From assembly GCA_903831815.1 (NCBI GenBank), contig CAIKZC010000005.1, positions 69-64,068 of the forward strand: 64,000 bases of DNA, read 5' to 3'. Numbering within the stretch: position 1 is the first letter of the stretch; each line of letters begins with the position of its first letter. Shown here one piece after another: positions 40,410 to 51,140 of the stretch. The notes under the pieces are model-generated. The model had not been told where the DNA came from, ran no database searches, and worked only from the letters and a program-made list of their open reading frames with translations. The position numbers and the translations under genes were made by a program. The DNA comes from an uncultured bacterium. Its GTDB lineage: Bacteria > Patescibacteriota > Minisyncoccia > Phycocordibacterales > UBA11359.

Positions 40410-43400
40410 ATGAAGCGCCAGAAAAAATATTTTGCGAAGCATAAACCGGCTCTCACCACGATGCCAAACTTGGTTGAGTCACAAACAACTTCTTTTAATT
40501 GGCTTTTGGAAAAAGGTCTCGGCGAAGTTTTCAAAGAATACTCATCTATTAAGGACTACTCGGAAAAAAAGTTCGAGTTGGATTTTGCCGACGTAAAACT
40601 CACGATGCCAAAGTACGATGAGTACTATGCCAAGGATAACAAACTTTCATATGAAGCTTCGATCAAGGTCATTGTGCGCTTCAAGAACAAGATCGTAAAT
40701 TCGGTCAAAGAGCAGGAGATCTTTATGGCGGATCTTCCGATCATGACTCCTCACGGTACGTTCATCATTGCGGGTATTGAACGTGTTATCGTTCCTCAAT
40801 TGGCGCGATCTTTTGGCGTGTTCTTCACAGCCAATGATATTCGCGGCAAAAACTATTTCGGCGCAAAAATTATTCCAGCTCGCGGGGCTTGGATTGAAAT
40901 TGAGACGGAAGCGGACGGTGGTGTCTATGTGCGTATTGACCGCAAACGAAAATTCCCGGTTACGATGCTTTTGCGTGTATTAGGTGCGGATACCAACGAA
41001 AAGATCATGCATCTTTTTGCAGGAAATGAAGCTGCACGGTCTTACATGGAGAAAACTATTGCCAAAGATCACACCAAGATCGCCGATGAAGCCTTCATCG
41101 AAATTCACAAGAAACTCCGCGACGGCGATCTTGCCACCGCAGAAAACGCTCGCGAATTCATCAATACTATTTTTGGAGCTGACCGATATGACCTTTCAAA
41201 AGTCGGTCGTTTTCGTTTCAATAAGCGATTTGGCAAGCCGATGACCGACAAGGAGATCGCTCGACATACCATTTCTCTTGATGACGCAATTACGATCATC
41301 AATAATATTGTCACTCTTAACACTACACCCGGCGCTGTTGAAGATGATATTGACCACCTCGGTTCTCGACGTGTGCGATACGTTGGAGAATTGCTCCAGC
41401 AAAAAATTCGCGTTGGTATGTCACAGATCAAGCGAAATATTCAAGATCGTATGTCGACCGCGGATCCCGATTCTGTTTTGCCGATAAACTTCATTTCACC
41501 AAAGCCTCTGCAAGCTCGAATTAAGGAATTCTTCACGACCAACCAGTTGTCACAGTTCATGGCCCAGGAAAACATCTTGACCGAACTTGAACATTTACGA
41601 ACTCTTTCGGCACTTGGCCCCGGTGGTCTAACACGAGAACGTGCCGGTTACGAAGTTCGTGACGTGCATCCTTCTCACTACGGTCGACTTTGTCCAATCC
41701 ACACTCCAGAAGGTCCGAACATCGGTCTTATCTTACGTCTTTCAACCTATGCTCGCATCAATGATTTCGGAATGATCGAAACTCCGTATGCCAAAGTTAA
41801 AAATGGAAAGGTCACTCCTGAGATCCATTATTTAAATGCTTTAGAAGAAGAAAACTTCGCCATCGCTCACGCCGCAATCGACCGCGATGAGGAAGGAAGA
41901 ATTAAAGACGACGAAGTCGAAGTGCGTGTTAACGGCGATCCAACAATGGTGCCTCGAGAAAAAGTGGACTACATCGACGTGGCGACTGAGCAAGCCTTTT
42001 CTATTGCCACTTCAATGATCCCATTTCTTAATCATGATGACTCGACACGAGCCTTGATGGGTTCGAACATGCAAAAACAAGCTACTCCTTGTATCTTGCC
42101 GGAAGCTCCGCTTGTTGCTACAGGCGTTGAAGCAGATGGTGCGCGAGATACCGGACGTATCGTTATCTCTCACGATGACGGCGTGGTTCATCATGTTGAT
42201 GCTCAAAAAATCACCGTTAAATCTAATAAAGGAAAGGATGTTGAATATAAATTAGTTAACTTCTCTCGAACCAACGGCTTTACCGTTTTCCATCAGCGAC
42301 CGATCGTCAATGTTGGAGATAAAGTGAAAAGAGGAGATGTTTTGGCTGACACTTCATCTTCAGACAACGGACAGATCGCACTGGGTCAAAATATTTTCGT
42401 GGCCTTCATGTCATGGTCAGGAGCCAACTACGAAGACGCCATCATTTTGTCTGAAAGATTAGTGCGCGACAATCGATTCACGTCTATTCATATAGAAGAG
42501 TTTATTGTCAACGTGCGTGATACCAAACTTGGACCTGAAGTCACCACTCCTGATATTCCAAACGTCAGTGAAAATAAACTTAAAAACCTCGATGAAGACG
42601 GAGTTGTGCGAATTGGAGCAGAAGTACGACCTGGGGATATTTTGGTTGGAAAAATTACACCAAAAGGCGAGACACAACTTACTCCTGAAGAGCGATTACT
42701 CCGATCATTGTTTGGTGAGAAGGCTCGCGATGTAAAGGATACTTCAAAACGACTTGAAAACGGAAAACAAGGTCGCATTATTTCTGTAAAAATATTCTCT
42801 CGAGAAAAAGGCGACAAACTTGAATCAGGAATCATCAAACGAATTCACATTGAAGTGGCAGAGCTCCGAAACGTACAAGTAGGCGATAAGCTCGCAGGAC
42901 GTCACGGTAACAAAGGTGTCATTTCAACTATACTTCCTATCGAAGATATGCCACACCTCGCTGACGGTACGGCAGTTGATATGATCCTTACGCCGCTCGG
43001 TGTGCCATCTCGTATGAACCTCGGTCAGATTATGGAATTGCACCTCGGTCTCGCTGCTCACACTCTTGGTTATCAAGCAGTCGTGCCTCCATTTGCCGGA
43101 GCAACTGACAAGGAAATTAAAAATGAACTTGTCGCTGCCGGATTTCCAGAAAACGGAAAAGTAAAACTTTTTGATGGACGAAACGGCGAAGCTTTCCAAC
43201 AAGATATCGCTATCGGATATATGTATGTTATGAAGCTTCATCACATGGTGGAAGACAAGATTCACATGCGTTCAATCGGACCTTATTCTCTCATTACACA
43301 ACAGCCACTTGGCGGTAAGGCTCAGGGAGGTGGACAGCGATTTGGAGAAATGGAAGTCTGGGCACTTCTTGGACACGGTGCAGCTCATAACTTGCGAGAA

Positions 43401-43601
43401 GTTTTGACGATCAAGTCTGACGATATTGTTGGCCGATCGAGCGCTTTCGATGCAATCGTGAAAGGAAATGAGATTTCGACCCCTTCGATTCCGGCATCAT
43501 TCAATGTTCTTATTAACAACCTCAAGGGACTAGGACTTGACGTTGACCTCATGAGTGAGAGTCAACCAAAAGCCGATGAGGATGAAGCTAATCAAGAATA
43601 A
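40410..43601 (+). CDS. rpoB: DNA-directed RNA polymerase beta subunit (compact)
   Basis: Conserved rpoB blocks throughout, including GLTRERAGYEVRDVHPSHYGR, NMQKQA and C-terminal GGQRFGEMEVWAL. 1063 aa. Confidence 0.95.
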   Translation: MKRQKKYFAKHKPALTTMPNLVESQTTSFNWLLEKGLGEVFKEYSSIKDYSEKKFELDFADVKLTMPKYDEYYAKDNKLSYEASIKVIVRFKNKIVNSVKEQEIFMADLPIMTPHGTFIIAGIERVIVPQLARSFGVFFTANDIRGKNYFGAKIIPARGAWIEIETEADGGVYVRIDRKRKFPVTMLLRVLGADTNEKIMHLFAGNEAARSYMEKTIAKDHTKIADEAFIEIHKKLRDGDLATAENAREFINTIFGADRYDLSKVGRFRFNKRFGKPMTDKEIARHTISLDDAITIINNIVTLNTTPGAVEDDIDHLGSRRVRYVGELLQQKIRVGMSQIKRNIQDRMSTADPDSVLPINFISPKPLQARIKEFFTTNQLSQFMAQENILTELEHLRTLSALGPGGLTRERAGYEVRDVHPSHYGRLCPIHTPEGPNIGLILRLSTYARINDFGMIETPYAKVKNGKVTPEIHYLNALEEENFAIAHAAIDRDEEGRIKDDEVEVRVNGDPTMVPREKVDYIDVATEQAFSIATSMIPFLNHDDSTRALMGSNMQKQATPCILPEAPLVATGVEADGARDTGRIVISHDDGVVHHVDAQKITVKSNKGKDVEYKLVNFSRTNGFTVFHQRPIVNVGDKVKRGDVLADTSSSDNGQIALGQNIFVAFMSWSGANYEDAIILSERLVRDNRFTSIHIEEFIVNVRDTKLGPEVTTPDIPNVSENKLKNLDEDGVVRIGAEVRPGDILVGKITPKGETQLTPEERLLRSLFGEKARDVKDTSKRLENGKQGRIISVKIFSREKGDKLESGIIKRIHIEVAELRNVQVGDKLAGRHGNKGVISTILPIEDMPHLADGTAVDMILTPLGVPSRMNLGQIMELHLGLAAHTLGYQAVVPPFAGATDKEIKNELVAAGFPENGKVKLFDGRNGEAFQQDIAIGYMYVMKLHHMVEDKIHMRSIGPYSLITQQPLGGKAQGGGQRFGEMEVWALLGHGAAHNLREVLTIKSDDIVGRSSAFDAIVKGNEISTPSIPASFNVLINNLKGLGLDVDLMSESQPKADEDEANQE

Positions 43602-43608
43602 AACTACC

Positions 43609-46600
43609 ATGTACAAAAATAACAAAACATCAAATACAGGCAGTTTCACTTCAATCTCTCTTAAGGTTGCCTCACCTCAGCGTATTAAGGAATGGTCAAA
43701 GGGCGAAGTTACCAAGCCGGAAACGATCAACTATCGAACCCAACGTTCTGAAAAGAGTGGTCTATTCGACGAAAAGATATTCGGACCGGACAAGGATTAT
43801 GAATGTTATTGCGGAAAATACCGTGGCATTCGTTATAAAGGAATTGTTTGCGAAAAATGTGGAGTCGAGATAACTCGTTCAATCGTTCGACGTGAGAGAA
43901 TGGGTCATATCGAGCTCGCGACACCGGTTTCTCACATCTGGTTCTTGCGTTCAACGCCTTCCCGAATCGGTTTGATTATGGGTATGACGGCTGCAGATCT
44001 TGAAAAAGTTATCTATTTTGCCGGATATATTATTACCAACGTGCACGAACAAGAACGCGCACAAGTCCTCCGTGATTTGGATTCTGAATTCAAGACAAAA
44101 ATAAAAACTGCGCAGGACGAAAAGACCAAAGAAGCTTTGAAAGAACGCCTAGTCAGTACAAAGAAAGAGATCGAAAGCTTGACTCTCGGCCGCGTGGTTG
44201 ATGAATTGCAATATCATTCATATTCTCTAAAATACGGAACAATTTTTGAGGCGGGAATTGGAGCAGAAGCTATTTACGATATTTTGAAAGATGTTGATCT
44301 CAAGAAATTGGAGAAAGAATTGGCAATCGATCTCGAAAAAGCCGGTTCAATTGAATCAGAAAGAATCAACAAGAGACTTTCTATCATTCGATCCATGATC
44401 AACTCAGGTATTCGACCTGAATGGATGTTCCTTACGAATATCCCGGTCATTCCTCCAGCTCTCCGACCAATGGTGCCGCTTGATGGTGGACGTTATGCAA
44501 CTTCGGATGTGAACGACCTCTATCGACGTGTTATCAACCGCAACAATCGTCTCAAGAAACTCAAGGAAATTCATGCGCCTGATGTTATTTTGCGAAACGA
44601 GAAACGTATTTTGCAAGAAGCTGTCGACTCTTTGATCGACAACTCTATTCGACATGGTTCAGCAAGTCAGGGAGCTTTGACTCAAGCACAGCGCCGACCT
44701 CTCAAGTCTCTTTCCGATAACTTGAAAGGCAAACGCGGTCTTTTCCGCCAGAACTTGCTCGGTAAACGTGTTGACTATTCAGGACGTTCTGTTATCGTCG
44801 TCGGTTCATCTTTGAAACTCAGTCAGTGTGGATTGCCAAAATTCATGGCACTCGAACTTTTCCGTCCATTCATTATTTCCAAACTTTTGGAAAAAGAATT
44901 GGCCTTCAACATTCGTGGCGCCAACAGACTTATCGAAGACGGTATTCCTGAAGTTTGGGCCATTCTCGAAGACGTTATCAAAGACAAATATGTCTTGCTA
45001 AACCGTGCACCTACATTGCACCGACTTGGTATTCAGGCTTTCCAACCAATTCTTATTGAAGGTTCAGCTATTCAAGTACACCCACTCGTTTGTTCCGCTT
45101 TCAACGCTGACTTCGACGGTGACCAAATGGCCGTTCACGTACCACTTTCTCATGCCGCTCAAATTGAGGCTCGAGAGATCATGGCATCGGATAAAAACAT
45201 TTTGAAACCTGGTTCAGGAGATCCAACTATTTCGGCAAAGATGCTCGATATTATTTTGGGATCTTATTGGATGACCACAATGATTGATGGCAAGCCCGGA
45301 GAAGGCGAAGCTTTTGCTTCACCTCGAATGGCGATACTTGCCAATGACTTTGGTGCCGTGGATTTTCGCGCCAAAATTAAAGTTATGGCGCCTGCAACTC
45401 CAAAATATACCGAATTTGCCGGAAAAATATTTGAGACATCCATTGGTCGCATTGTCTTTAATGATGTGCTACCTGAGGACTATCCTTTCATCAACAGTGA
45501 AATGAACCGTAAGCGTATGCAAGCTCTTGTTGACGATATGATCGAACGATACGGTATCGCTAATTTGCCGACAATTATCGACAAGATCAAAAATAACGGA
45601 TTCTATTATGCGACAGTTTCCGGTGTGACTTGGGGTATTGATGATGTTAAGGTTCCGGTTGAAAAAGATGCGATGATTACTGAGGCTCGCAAAAAGGCCG
45701 CTAAAGTTCAATCTCAGTTTGACGACGGTTTGCTTTCAGAAGATGAACGCGGACGAAAAAATATCGAAGTTTGGCATGAAGTCAAGAGCCAAATCGAAAA
45801 AATTATTCCGGGAACTTTGGAGAAACATGGTTCAGTTTATGATATGGTCAACTCCGGTGCTCGAGGTTCGATTGGTAACATTACTCAGATGGTTGGTATG
45901 AAAGGTCTCATCATCAACACGCAAGGAGAGACAATTCAGTTTCCAATTATTTCAAGCATGAAAGAAGGACTTACACCGATTGAATACTTTATTACGACTC
46001 ACGGCTCACGTAAAGGTTTGACGGACACCGCGCTCAACACCGCTAAAGCCGGATATTTGACTCGTAAATTGTTCGTGGTCGCTCAAGATACGATTGTTTC
46101 CGAAGATGATTGTGGAACCAAGCATGGAGTTACGATCCATAAAGGAACAGCTTCGGGCATCGAAGTCCCTCTTTCTCGAAATATCAAAGGACGTGTGCTT
46201 GCCGAAGATGCTGTAACCGCAGACGGAACCGTTGTCTTCAAACGAAATCACTTGTTAACTAAAATTGACGGTCAAAAAATTGAAGATGCCGGTATTACTT
46301 CAGTCAAGGTTCGATCACCGCTTACTTGTAACGCTCCGGTAGGTATTTGCGCCTTTTGTTATGGTGCTGATCTTGGTAAAAATAAATTAGTTGAACTCGG
46401 TGAAGCTGTCGGAACAGTTGCCGCTCAAGCTATCGGTGAACCGGGAACACAGCTGACGATGCGTACGTTCCACGCCGGTGGTACCGCTTCTGTTGGTGGA
46501 GACATCACGCAAGGTTTGCCTCGAGTCGAGGAAGTCTTTGAAAAACGAGCACCTCGTAACCCGGCTATTGTTTGTGAAGTTGACGGTACTGTTTCTGAGA

Positions 46601-47283
46601 TTAAGGAACTTGGTCGCGAAAAAACTTTGGTTATTTTGGCTGATTTACACGACAAGAAAACCAAAAAATCAGGTGAGATAGAATATTCTGTCAGCGCCAA
46701 TCGAACAATTTTGGTTAATCTTGGCGATAAGGTTGTTAAAGGTCAATTACTAACTGACGGTTCCGCAGTCATTGATGACATCTTCAAGTATGGCGGACGA
46801 GAACAAGCTCAAAATTACATTATTGCCGAAGTTTCAAAGTTGTATGAATTGCAAGGTGAAGCTGTTTCTCGAAAACACATTGAAGTTATCGTTCGACAAA
46901 TGTTCTCACGACGCAAGATCAAGGAAAACGGTTCGACTCCATTTTCTGTCGGTGATATTGTAGAGCATTATCAGTTGGCTTTGGAAAACAAGCATGTTAA
47001 AGAGGCTGGCGGTGATGAGGCTAAAGGTGAAGAAGTTGTCATGGGTATTACTGATGTTTCACTTTCTCGAAAGAGTTTCCTTTCAGCTGCTTCCTTCCAA
47101 CACACCACTCGTGTCCTCATCAACAGCGCCGTTCGCGGTAGCAAAGACAAATTGGTGGGTCTCATGGAAAACGTTATTATCGGACGACTCATTCCTGCCG
47201 GAACCGGTTTCAAAGGTAGTCCAAAGCAAAAGATGATCGAAGAGCAGACTCGTGTTGAATCGAGTGACGAAGAAGTGGAATAA
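43609..47283 (+). CDS. rpoC: DNA-directed RNA polymerase beta' subunit
   Basis: Zn finger CYCGKY...CEKCGVE, catalytic NADFDGDQM and trigger-loop/bridge-helix blocks. ATG 43609 is 7 nt after the rpoB stop. Confidence 0.95.
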   Translation: MYKNNKTSNTGSFTSISLKVASPQRIKEWSKGEVTKPETINYRTQRSEKSGLFDEKIFGPDKDYECYCGKYRGIRYKGIVCEKCGVEITRSIVRRERMGHIELATPVSHIWFLRSTPSRIGLIMGMTAADLEKVIYFAGYIITNVHEQERAQVLRDLDSEFKTKIKTAQDEKTKEALKERLVSTKKEIESLTLGRVVDELQYHSYSLKYGTIFEAGIGAEAIYDILKDVDLKKLEKELAIDLEKAGSIESERINKRLSIIRSMINSGIRPEWMFLTNIPVIPPALRPMVPLDGGRYATSDVNDLYRRVINRNNRLKKLKEIHAPDVILRNEKRILQEAVDSLIDNSIRHGSASQGALTQAQRRPLKSLSDNLKGKRGLFRQNLLGKRVDYSGRSVIVVGSSLKLSQCGLPKFMALELFRPFIISKLLEKELAFNIRGANRLIEDGIPEVWAILEDVIKDKYVLLNRAPTLHRLGIQAFQPILIEGSAIQVHPLVCSAFNADFDGDQMAVHVPLSHAAQIEAREIMASDKNILKPGSGDPTISAKMLDIILGSYWMTTMIDGKPGEGEAFASPRMAILANDFGAVDFRAKIKVMAPATPKYTEFAGKIFETSIGRIVFNDVLPEDYPFINSEMNRKRMQALVDDMIERYGIANLPTIIDKIKNNGFYYATVSGVTWGIDDVKVPVEKDAMITEARKKAAKVQSQFDDGLLSEDERGRKNIEVWHEVKSQIEKIIPGTLEKHGSVYDMVNSGARGSIGNITQMVGMKGLIINTQGETIQFPIISSMKEGLTPIEYFITTHGSRKGLTDTALNTAKAGYLTRKLFVVAQDTIVSEDDCGTKHGVTIHKGTASGIEVPLSRNIKGRVLAEDAVTADGTVVFKRNHLLTKIDGQKIEDAGITSVKVRSPLTCNAPVGICAFCYGADLGKNKLVELGEAVGTVAAQAIGEPGTQLTMRTFHAGGTASVGGDITQGLPRVEEVFEKRAPRNPAIVCEVDGTVSEIKELGREKTLVILADLHDKKTKKSGEIEYSVSANRTILVNLGDKVVKGQLLTDGSAVIDDIFKYGGREQAQNYIIAEVSKLYELQGEAVSRKHIEVIVRQMFSRRKIKENGSTPFSVGDIVEHYQLALENKHVKEAGGDEAKGEEVVMGITDVSLSRKSFLSAASFQHTTRVLINSAVRGSKDKLVGLMENVIIGRLIPAGTGFKGSPKQKMIEEQTRVESSDEEVE

Positions 47284-47319
47284 AGAACACGTAGCTCGTA
47301 GATTTCTCCTTAATTCTAA

Positions 47320-49035
47320 ATGAGCACTGTCGACACAATTAAAGATCGCTTGTCCATAACCGACATTGTTGGCACGTATGTTAAGCTTGAAAAAGCGGGC
47401 GCCAATTTGAAAGGTTTGTGTCCTTTCCATCAAGAAAAAACTCCGTCATTTATGGTTTCTCCTGCGCGTGGATCGTATTATTGTTTTGGTTGCGGGGCCA
47501 AAGGCGATATCTTTTCTTTTGTTGAACAGTTTGAGGGGCTCGATTTTATGGGAGCTCTGAAAGTGTTGGCTGACAGGGCGGGGGTGGAGATTGAGAAGCA
47601 AAATCCAGCCGAGAAAACCGAACGTGAAAGGCTATTCCAGATTATGGATTTTGCGTCACTTTTTTACCACAAAGGTTTGTCGGAAAATGTGGCAGCTATT
47701 GAATATTTGAAAAAAAGAGGTGTGGAAGTGGGAACTATTCGCGCATGGCGCCTGGGTTATGCTGTGCCGGAGTGGCGAACACTTTTCAATTATTTGATCT
47801 CAAAAAAATTTAGTTCTCAAGAAATGTTAAAAGCAGGATTGGTAAAACCTGCCGATAAAGGTTTTTACGATACTTTCCGTAGTCGCATTATTTTTCCGAT
47901 TGGTAATAGCGCCGGAAGGGTTGTGGCGTTTTCCGGTCGCATTTTTCCTGTTGATGATACGGCGGCCAAATATCTGAACTCGCCGGAAACTTCGCTTTTC
48001 AACAAATCGGCGGTGTTGTATGGATATGATAAAGCGAAGTTTGAAATTCGCAAGAAAAATACGGCGATATTAGTTGAAGGGCAGATGGATCTAATATTGT
48101 CGCATCAGGTTGGTATTACTAATACCGTGGCAACTTCCGGAACCGCATTTACCGATCTGCATGCCGGACTCATCAAGCGTTTTGCCGAGAAATTAATAAT
48201 TTGTTATGACGGTGACAAGGCTGGAGTATCGGCCGCGCTGCGCGCGGCCGTCGTGGCCCTCCGCTCCGGACTCGACGTGCATATTGTGCGTTTGCCTGAT
48301 GACAAAGATCCGGCCGACATGTGTATAGAAAATAAACAAGCTTACTTGGATTTTTTGTCCGGTGCCGAACATGTCATTGATTTTGCCCTCGGCACGGCAC
48401 TTCGCGCTTCAACTGACAAGCGTCAGCAAGAAAAAAACATTGTCGCCAGCGTTTTGCCTTATGTAAAAGTATTGGAAAGCGCGGTTGAACAAGGACATTT
48501 CATTGCTCGCATTGCACAAGCTAGCCGAATTCGTGAAGATGACTTGCGAGCGGAACTTCGAAAATTACCGATGCCGATTGCTAATGCGTCAATCAGCAGC
48601 GTTTCCGGAAAAACGCCAAATACTGTAAATAACGCAACATCAGAGCGGCCTATCCGTGAGCAGGTTGTAGTTCGCCAGCTTTTTGGTATCATGTTTTTGT
48701 TGGAACAAAAAGAAGAAAAGAAAAAGGTTGATGAAATAAAAAACGAGCTCGTGCGTATAGAAGGCAAGGAAGGGCTCGAAGTTTTGATGAAGCGCTACAG
48801 TAATCAGAAAGAAGAATTGCTTTTTGAAACCGAAAGGGCATATAATTCACCTGATTTTATTGAAACGGACATTAAAGAACTTTTGAAGAGATTGGAGATA
48901 GAGAGACTAGAACGGCGATATGCCGAAGCTACCGATACGCTGGCCCAAGCTGAACGTGAACATGATGAAGGGAAGACCGCCGAACTTCTCGAAACATGCA
49001 AAGAAATTTCAAAAAGACTTTCAATACTTAAATAA
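47320..49035 (+). CDS. dnaG: DNA primase
   Basis: Zinc ribbon [11 protein letters not shown]...CFGCG, RNA polymerase core motifs and Toprim ([14 protein letters not shown]). Confidence 0.9.
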   Translation: MSTVDTIKDRLSITDIVGTYVKLEKAGANLKGLCPFHQEKTPSFMVSPARGSYYCFGCGAKGDIFSFVEQFEGLDFMGALKVLADRAGVEIEKQNPAEKTERERLFQIMDFASLFYHKGLSENVAAIEYLKKRGVEVGTIRAWRLGYAVPEWRTLFNYLISKKFSSQEMLKAGLVKPADKGFYDTFRSRIIFPIGNSAGRVVAFSGRIFPVDDTAAKYLNSPETSLFNKSAVLYGYDKAKFEIRKKNTAILVEGQMDLILSHQVGITNTVATSGTAFTDLHAGLIKRFAEKLIICYDGDKAGVSAALRAAVVALRSGLDVHIVRLPDDKDPADMCIENKQAYLDFLSGAEHVIDFALGTALRASTDKRQQEKNIVASVLPYVKVLESAVEQGHFIARIAQASRIREDDLRAELRKLPMPIANASISSVSGKTPNTVNNATSERPIREQVVVRQLFGIMFLLEQKEEKKKVDEIKNELVRIEGKEGLEVLMKRYSNQKEELLFETERAYNSPDFIETDIKELLKRLEIERLERRYAEATDTLAQAEREHDEGKTAELLETCKEISKRLSILK

Positions 49036-49040
49036 AACAT

Positions 49041-50267
49041 ATGAAAAAGAAAAACGGATCAAAGAAAATAAAAAAGACCAAAGCGGCAAAACCGAAAGCG
49101 ATAAAGCGCATAAAAAAATCTGCACGCACGCACGCTATTTTTCGTAAAGATCCGGCAGCCAAAAAAGCGGCTGGCCCCATCAAGAAATTTACCGTGGCCG
49201 AAAAAGCCAAAAACATGGACGATAAGGCTAATCGACTTTTGTTAAAAGGTCGCGATCGCGGTTTTGTGACTTATGATGAAATTTTGAAAGAATTTCCAAC
49301 TATTGAGGATGATATTGTTTTTCTAGATGATTTGTATCAAAAATTTAATGCCGCCGGAATCGATGTTTTGGAAGGAGGAGGACTTCTTGATGTTTCCGAT
49401 GAAATTTTGGCTAAAAAATTAGCCAAGGATTCTTCGTATGACTCGATTCAGATGTATTTGAAAGAAATTGGACAATATCCACTTCTAAGTGGTAGCGAGG
49501 AAAAAGAATTGGCCAAACGAATCGAATTGGAAGATGAAGATGCCAAGACTTTGCTTATGCGCGCCAACTTACGTCTCGTGGTTTCGATTGCCAAAAAATA
49601 TGTTGGCCGAAGTCCGGATTTAACATTACTTGATTTGATTCAGGAAGGAAATTTAGGTTTGCATAAAGCGGTAGATAAATTTGATTGGACCAAAGGTTAT
49701 AAGTTTTCAACTTATGCTACTTGGTGGATTCGCCAAGCTATCACTCGCGCACTAGCCGATCAGTCTCGTACGATTCGAGTGCCGGTACACATGGTTGAAA
49801 CGATCGCTAAATACAAGCAAGTTTTTCGTCGTTTGTCGCAAGATTTGGGACGAGATCCATTGCCTGAGGAAATTGCCAATGAAATGGGTGTTGATGTTGA
49901 TAAAATTTATACTATTGAAAAAATCGATCAAAGTACTGTCTCTTTGGAGAGCAAAGTTGGTGATGATGATGATGACAAGGGATCTACTTTGGGTGATTTT
50001 GTAGCTGATGACAAGATCCTTTCGCCTGATCAAGAATCATCACGAAGAATTATTGCCGATCAGGTCAAAGAAATTTTAGGTGATTTGTCAGAAAAGGAAC
50101 GCGAGATTTTGGAACTTCGACACGGACTCACTGATGGCATTCAGCATACACTTGAGGAAGTAGGGAAGAGATTTGGGGTTACGCGTGAACGTATTCGACA
50201 GATTGAGGCGAAGGCGCATGAGAAGATAAGACAGCATGATAAGATAAATAGACTGAGGAACTATTAG
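49041..50267 (+). CDS. rpoD: RNA polymerase primary sigma factor (sigma70 family)
   Basis: Region 1.2 ([12 protein letters not shown]), region 2 ([17 protein letters not shown]...[13 protein letters not shown]) and region 4 ([20 protein letters not shown]). Confidence 0.93.
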   Translation: MKKKNGSKKIKKTKAAKPKAIKRIKKSARTHAIFRKDPAAKKAAGPIKKFTVAEKAKNMDDKANRLLLKGRDRGFVTYDEILKEFPTIEDDIVFLDDLYQKFNAAGIDVLEGGGLLDVSDEILAKKLAKDSSYDSIQMYLKEIGQYPLLSGSEEKELAKRIELEDEDAKTLLMRANLRLVVSIAKKYVGRSPDLTLLDLIQEGNLGLHKAVDKFDWTKGYKFSTYATWWIRQAITRALADQSRTIRVPVHMVETIAKYKQVFRRLSQDLGRDPLPEEIANEMGVDVDKIYTIEKIDQSTVSLESKVGDDDDDKGSTLGDFVADDKILSPDQESSRRIIADQVKEILGDLSEKEREILELRHGLTDGIQHTLEEVGKRFGVTRERIRQIEAKAHEKIRQHDKINRLRNY

Positions 50268-50268
50268 A

Positions 50269-50388
50269 GAAAAAGCAAACCAAAAGAGCAGTTTTAAGGG
50301 CACAGGTAAATTTCCTGCTGGAAATTTCCTTCCAACTCGCGCCGTCGCGCTCCGTTAGTCCCTTAAAACTGCTCTTTTGGTTTGCTTC
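50269..50388 (+). repeat. Palindromic intergenic element, copy 7 (core in A orientation)
   Basis: Outer arms about 29 bp perfect: GAAAAAGCAAACCAAAAGAGCAGTTTTAAGGG / CCCTTAAAACTGCTCTTTTGGTTTGCTTC. Core GGGCACAGGT-AAATTTCC-TGCT-GGAAATTT-CC...CTCGCGCCGTCGCGCT...AGTCCC. Confidence 0.85.
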
Positions 50389-50581
50389 ATGACTGACAGT
50401 TTCAAAAATATTGCAAATTTAGGCCGTTTTTTGGAAAACAAGAATACATAGACCTATCGTAATACCTCGGGATTTCAAGGGATGAATATATTAAAATTAT
50501 TGATTCGTTTTGATTTTTTTAAAAAAACCACCCGCGAGCGCAAGGTGGTTTTTCCTTGGTTCGAAGGTGGGTTTGAGACGG

Positions 50582-50956
50582 TTAATTCCCGGTGGCGTGG
50601 ACAGGCGTCGCAGGTGATGATATTGGTGCACAGCCATTTTGCTCAACCGGCGGTCTCCTGGTTCGAGGCAATGTCTTTGCATTCCTCGATTTGTCCAGAT
50701 CATCGCGCCAGCGTTGGATCTCATCAAGATCGATCGCCGGTAGAACGAACGTCAGGCCACAATTACGCGCGAAATTGATCGCGTCATGGAATGTTGGCGT
50801 TTTTTTCGTCTTCTGGCAATGAACTGCCCATTGGCTTGAAACGATCCAACCTTCTTTTGAGGCATCATCTAATGCCGAGAGTTGAAGGACACTAACTTCC
50901 TTGCTACGCGTCACCACGGTATGTGATGAAGTTCCCGGTAGGTCTTTGAGGGGCAC
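50582..50956 (-). CDS. Hypothetical protein, GC-rich cassette H (GTG start)
   Basis: 124 aa. Minus-strand promoter TTGACT-17-TATGCT at about 51020-51050, about 75-nt leader, SD GGAGGG 5 nt before GTG. Terminator on the minus strand at about 50515-50560. Confidence 0.5.
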   Translation of the reverse strand: MPLKDLPGTSSHTVVTRSKEVSVLQLSALDDASKEGWIVSSQWAVHCQKTKKTPTFHDAINFARNCGLTFVLPAIDLDEIQRWRDDLDKSRNAKTLPRTRRPPVEQNGCAPISSPATPVHATGN

Positions 50957-51140
50957 AATGGCCCTCCTATTCTCCTCCCGCGCAGGGAGAGTAAATGACT
51001 AAGAACACGCTAACAAAAATCTGGTTTCTAGCATAGCATAAGACTTTATAAAAGTCAAGCTAGGGTGTGGATAACTCTTAATATTTATGGTGAATTTGCA
51101 TGACTGCCGGTGAATTGGCGTGTCGTGATATACTGTTTGA

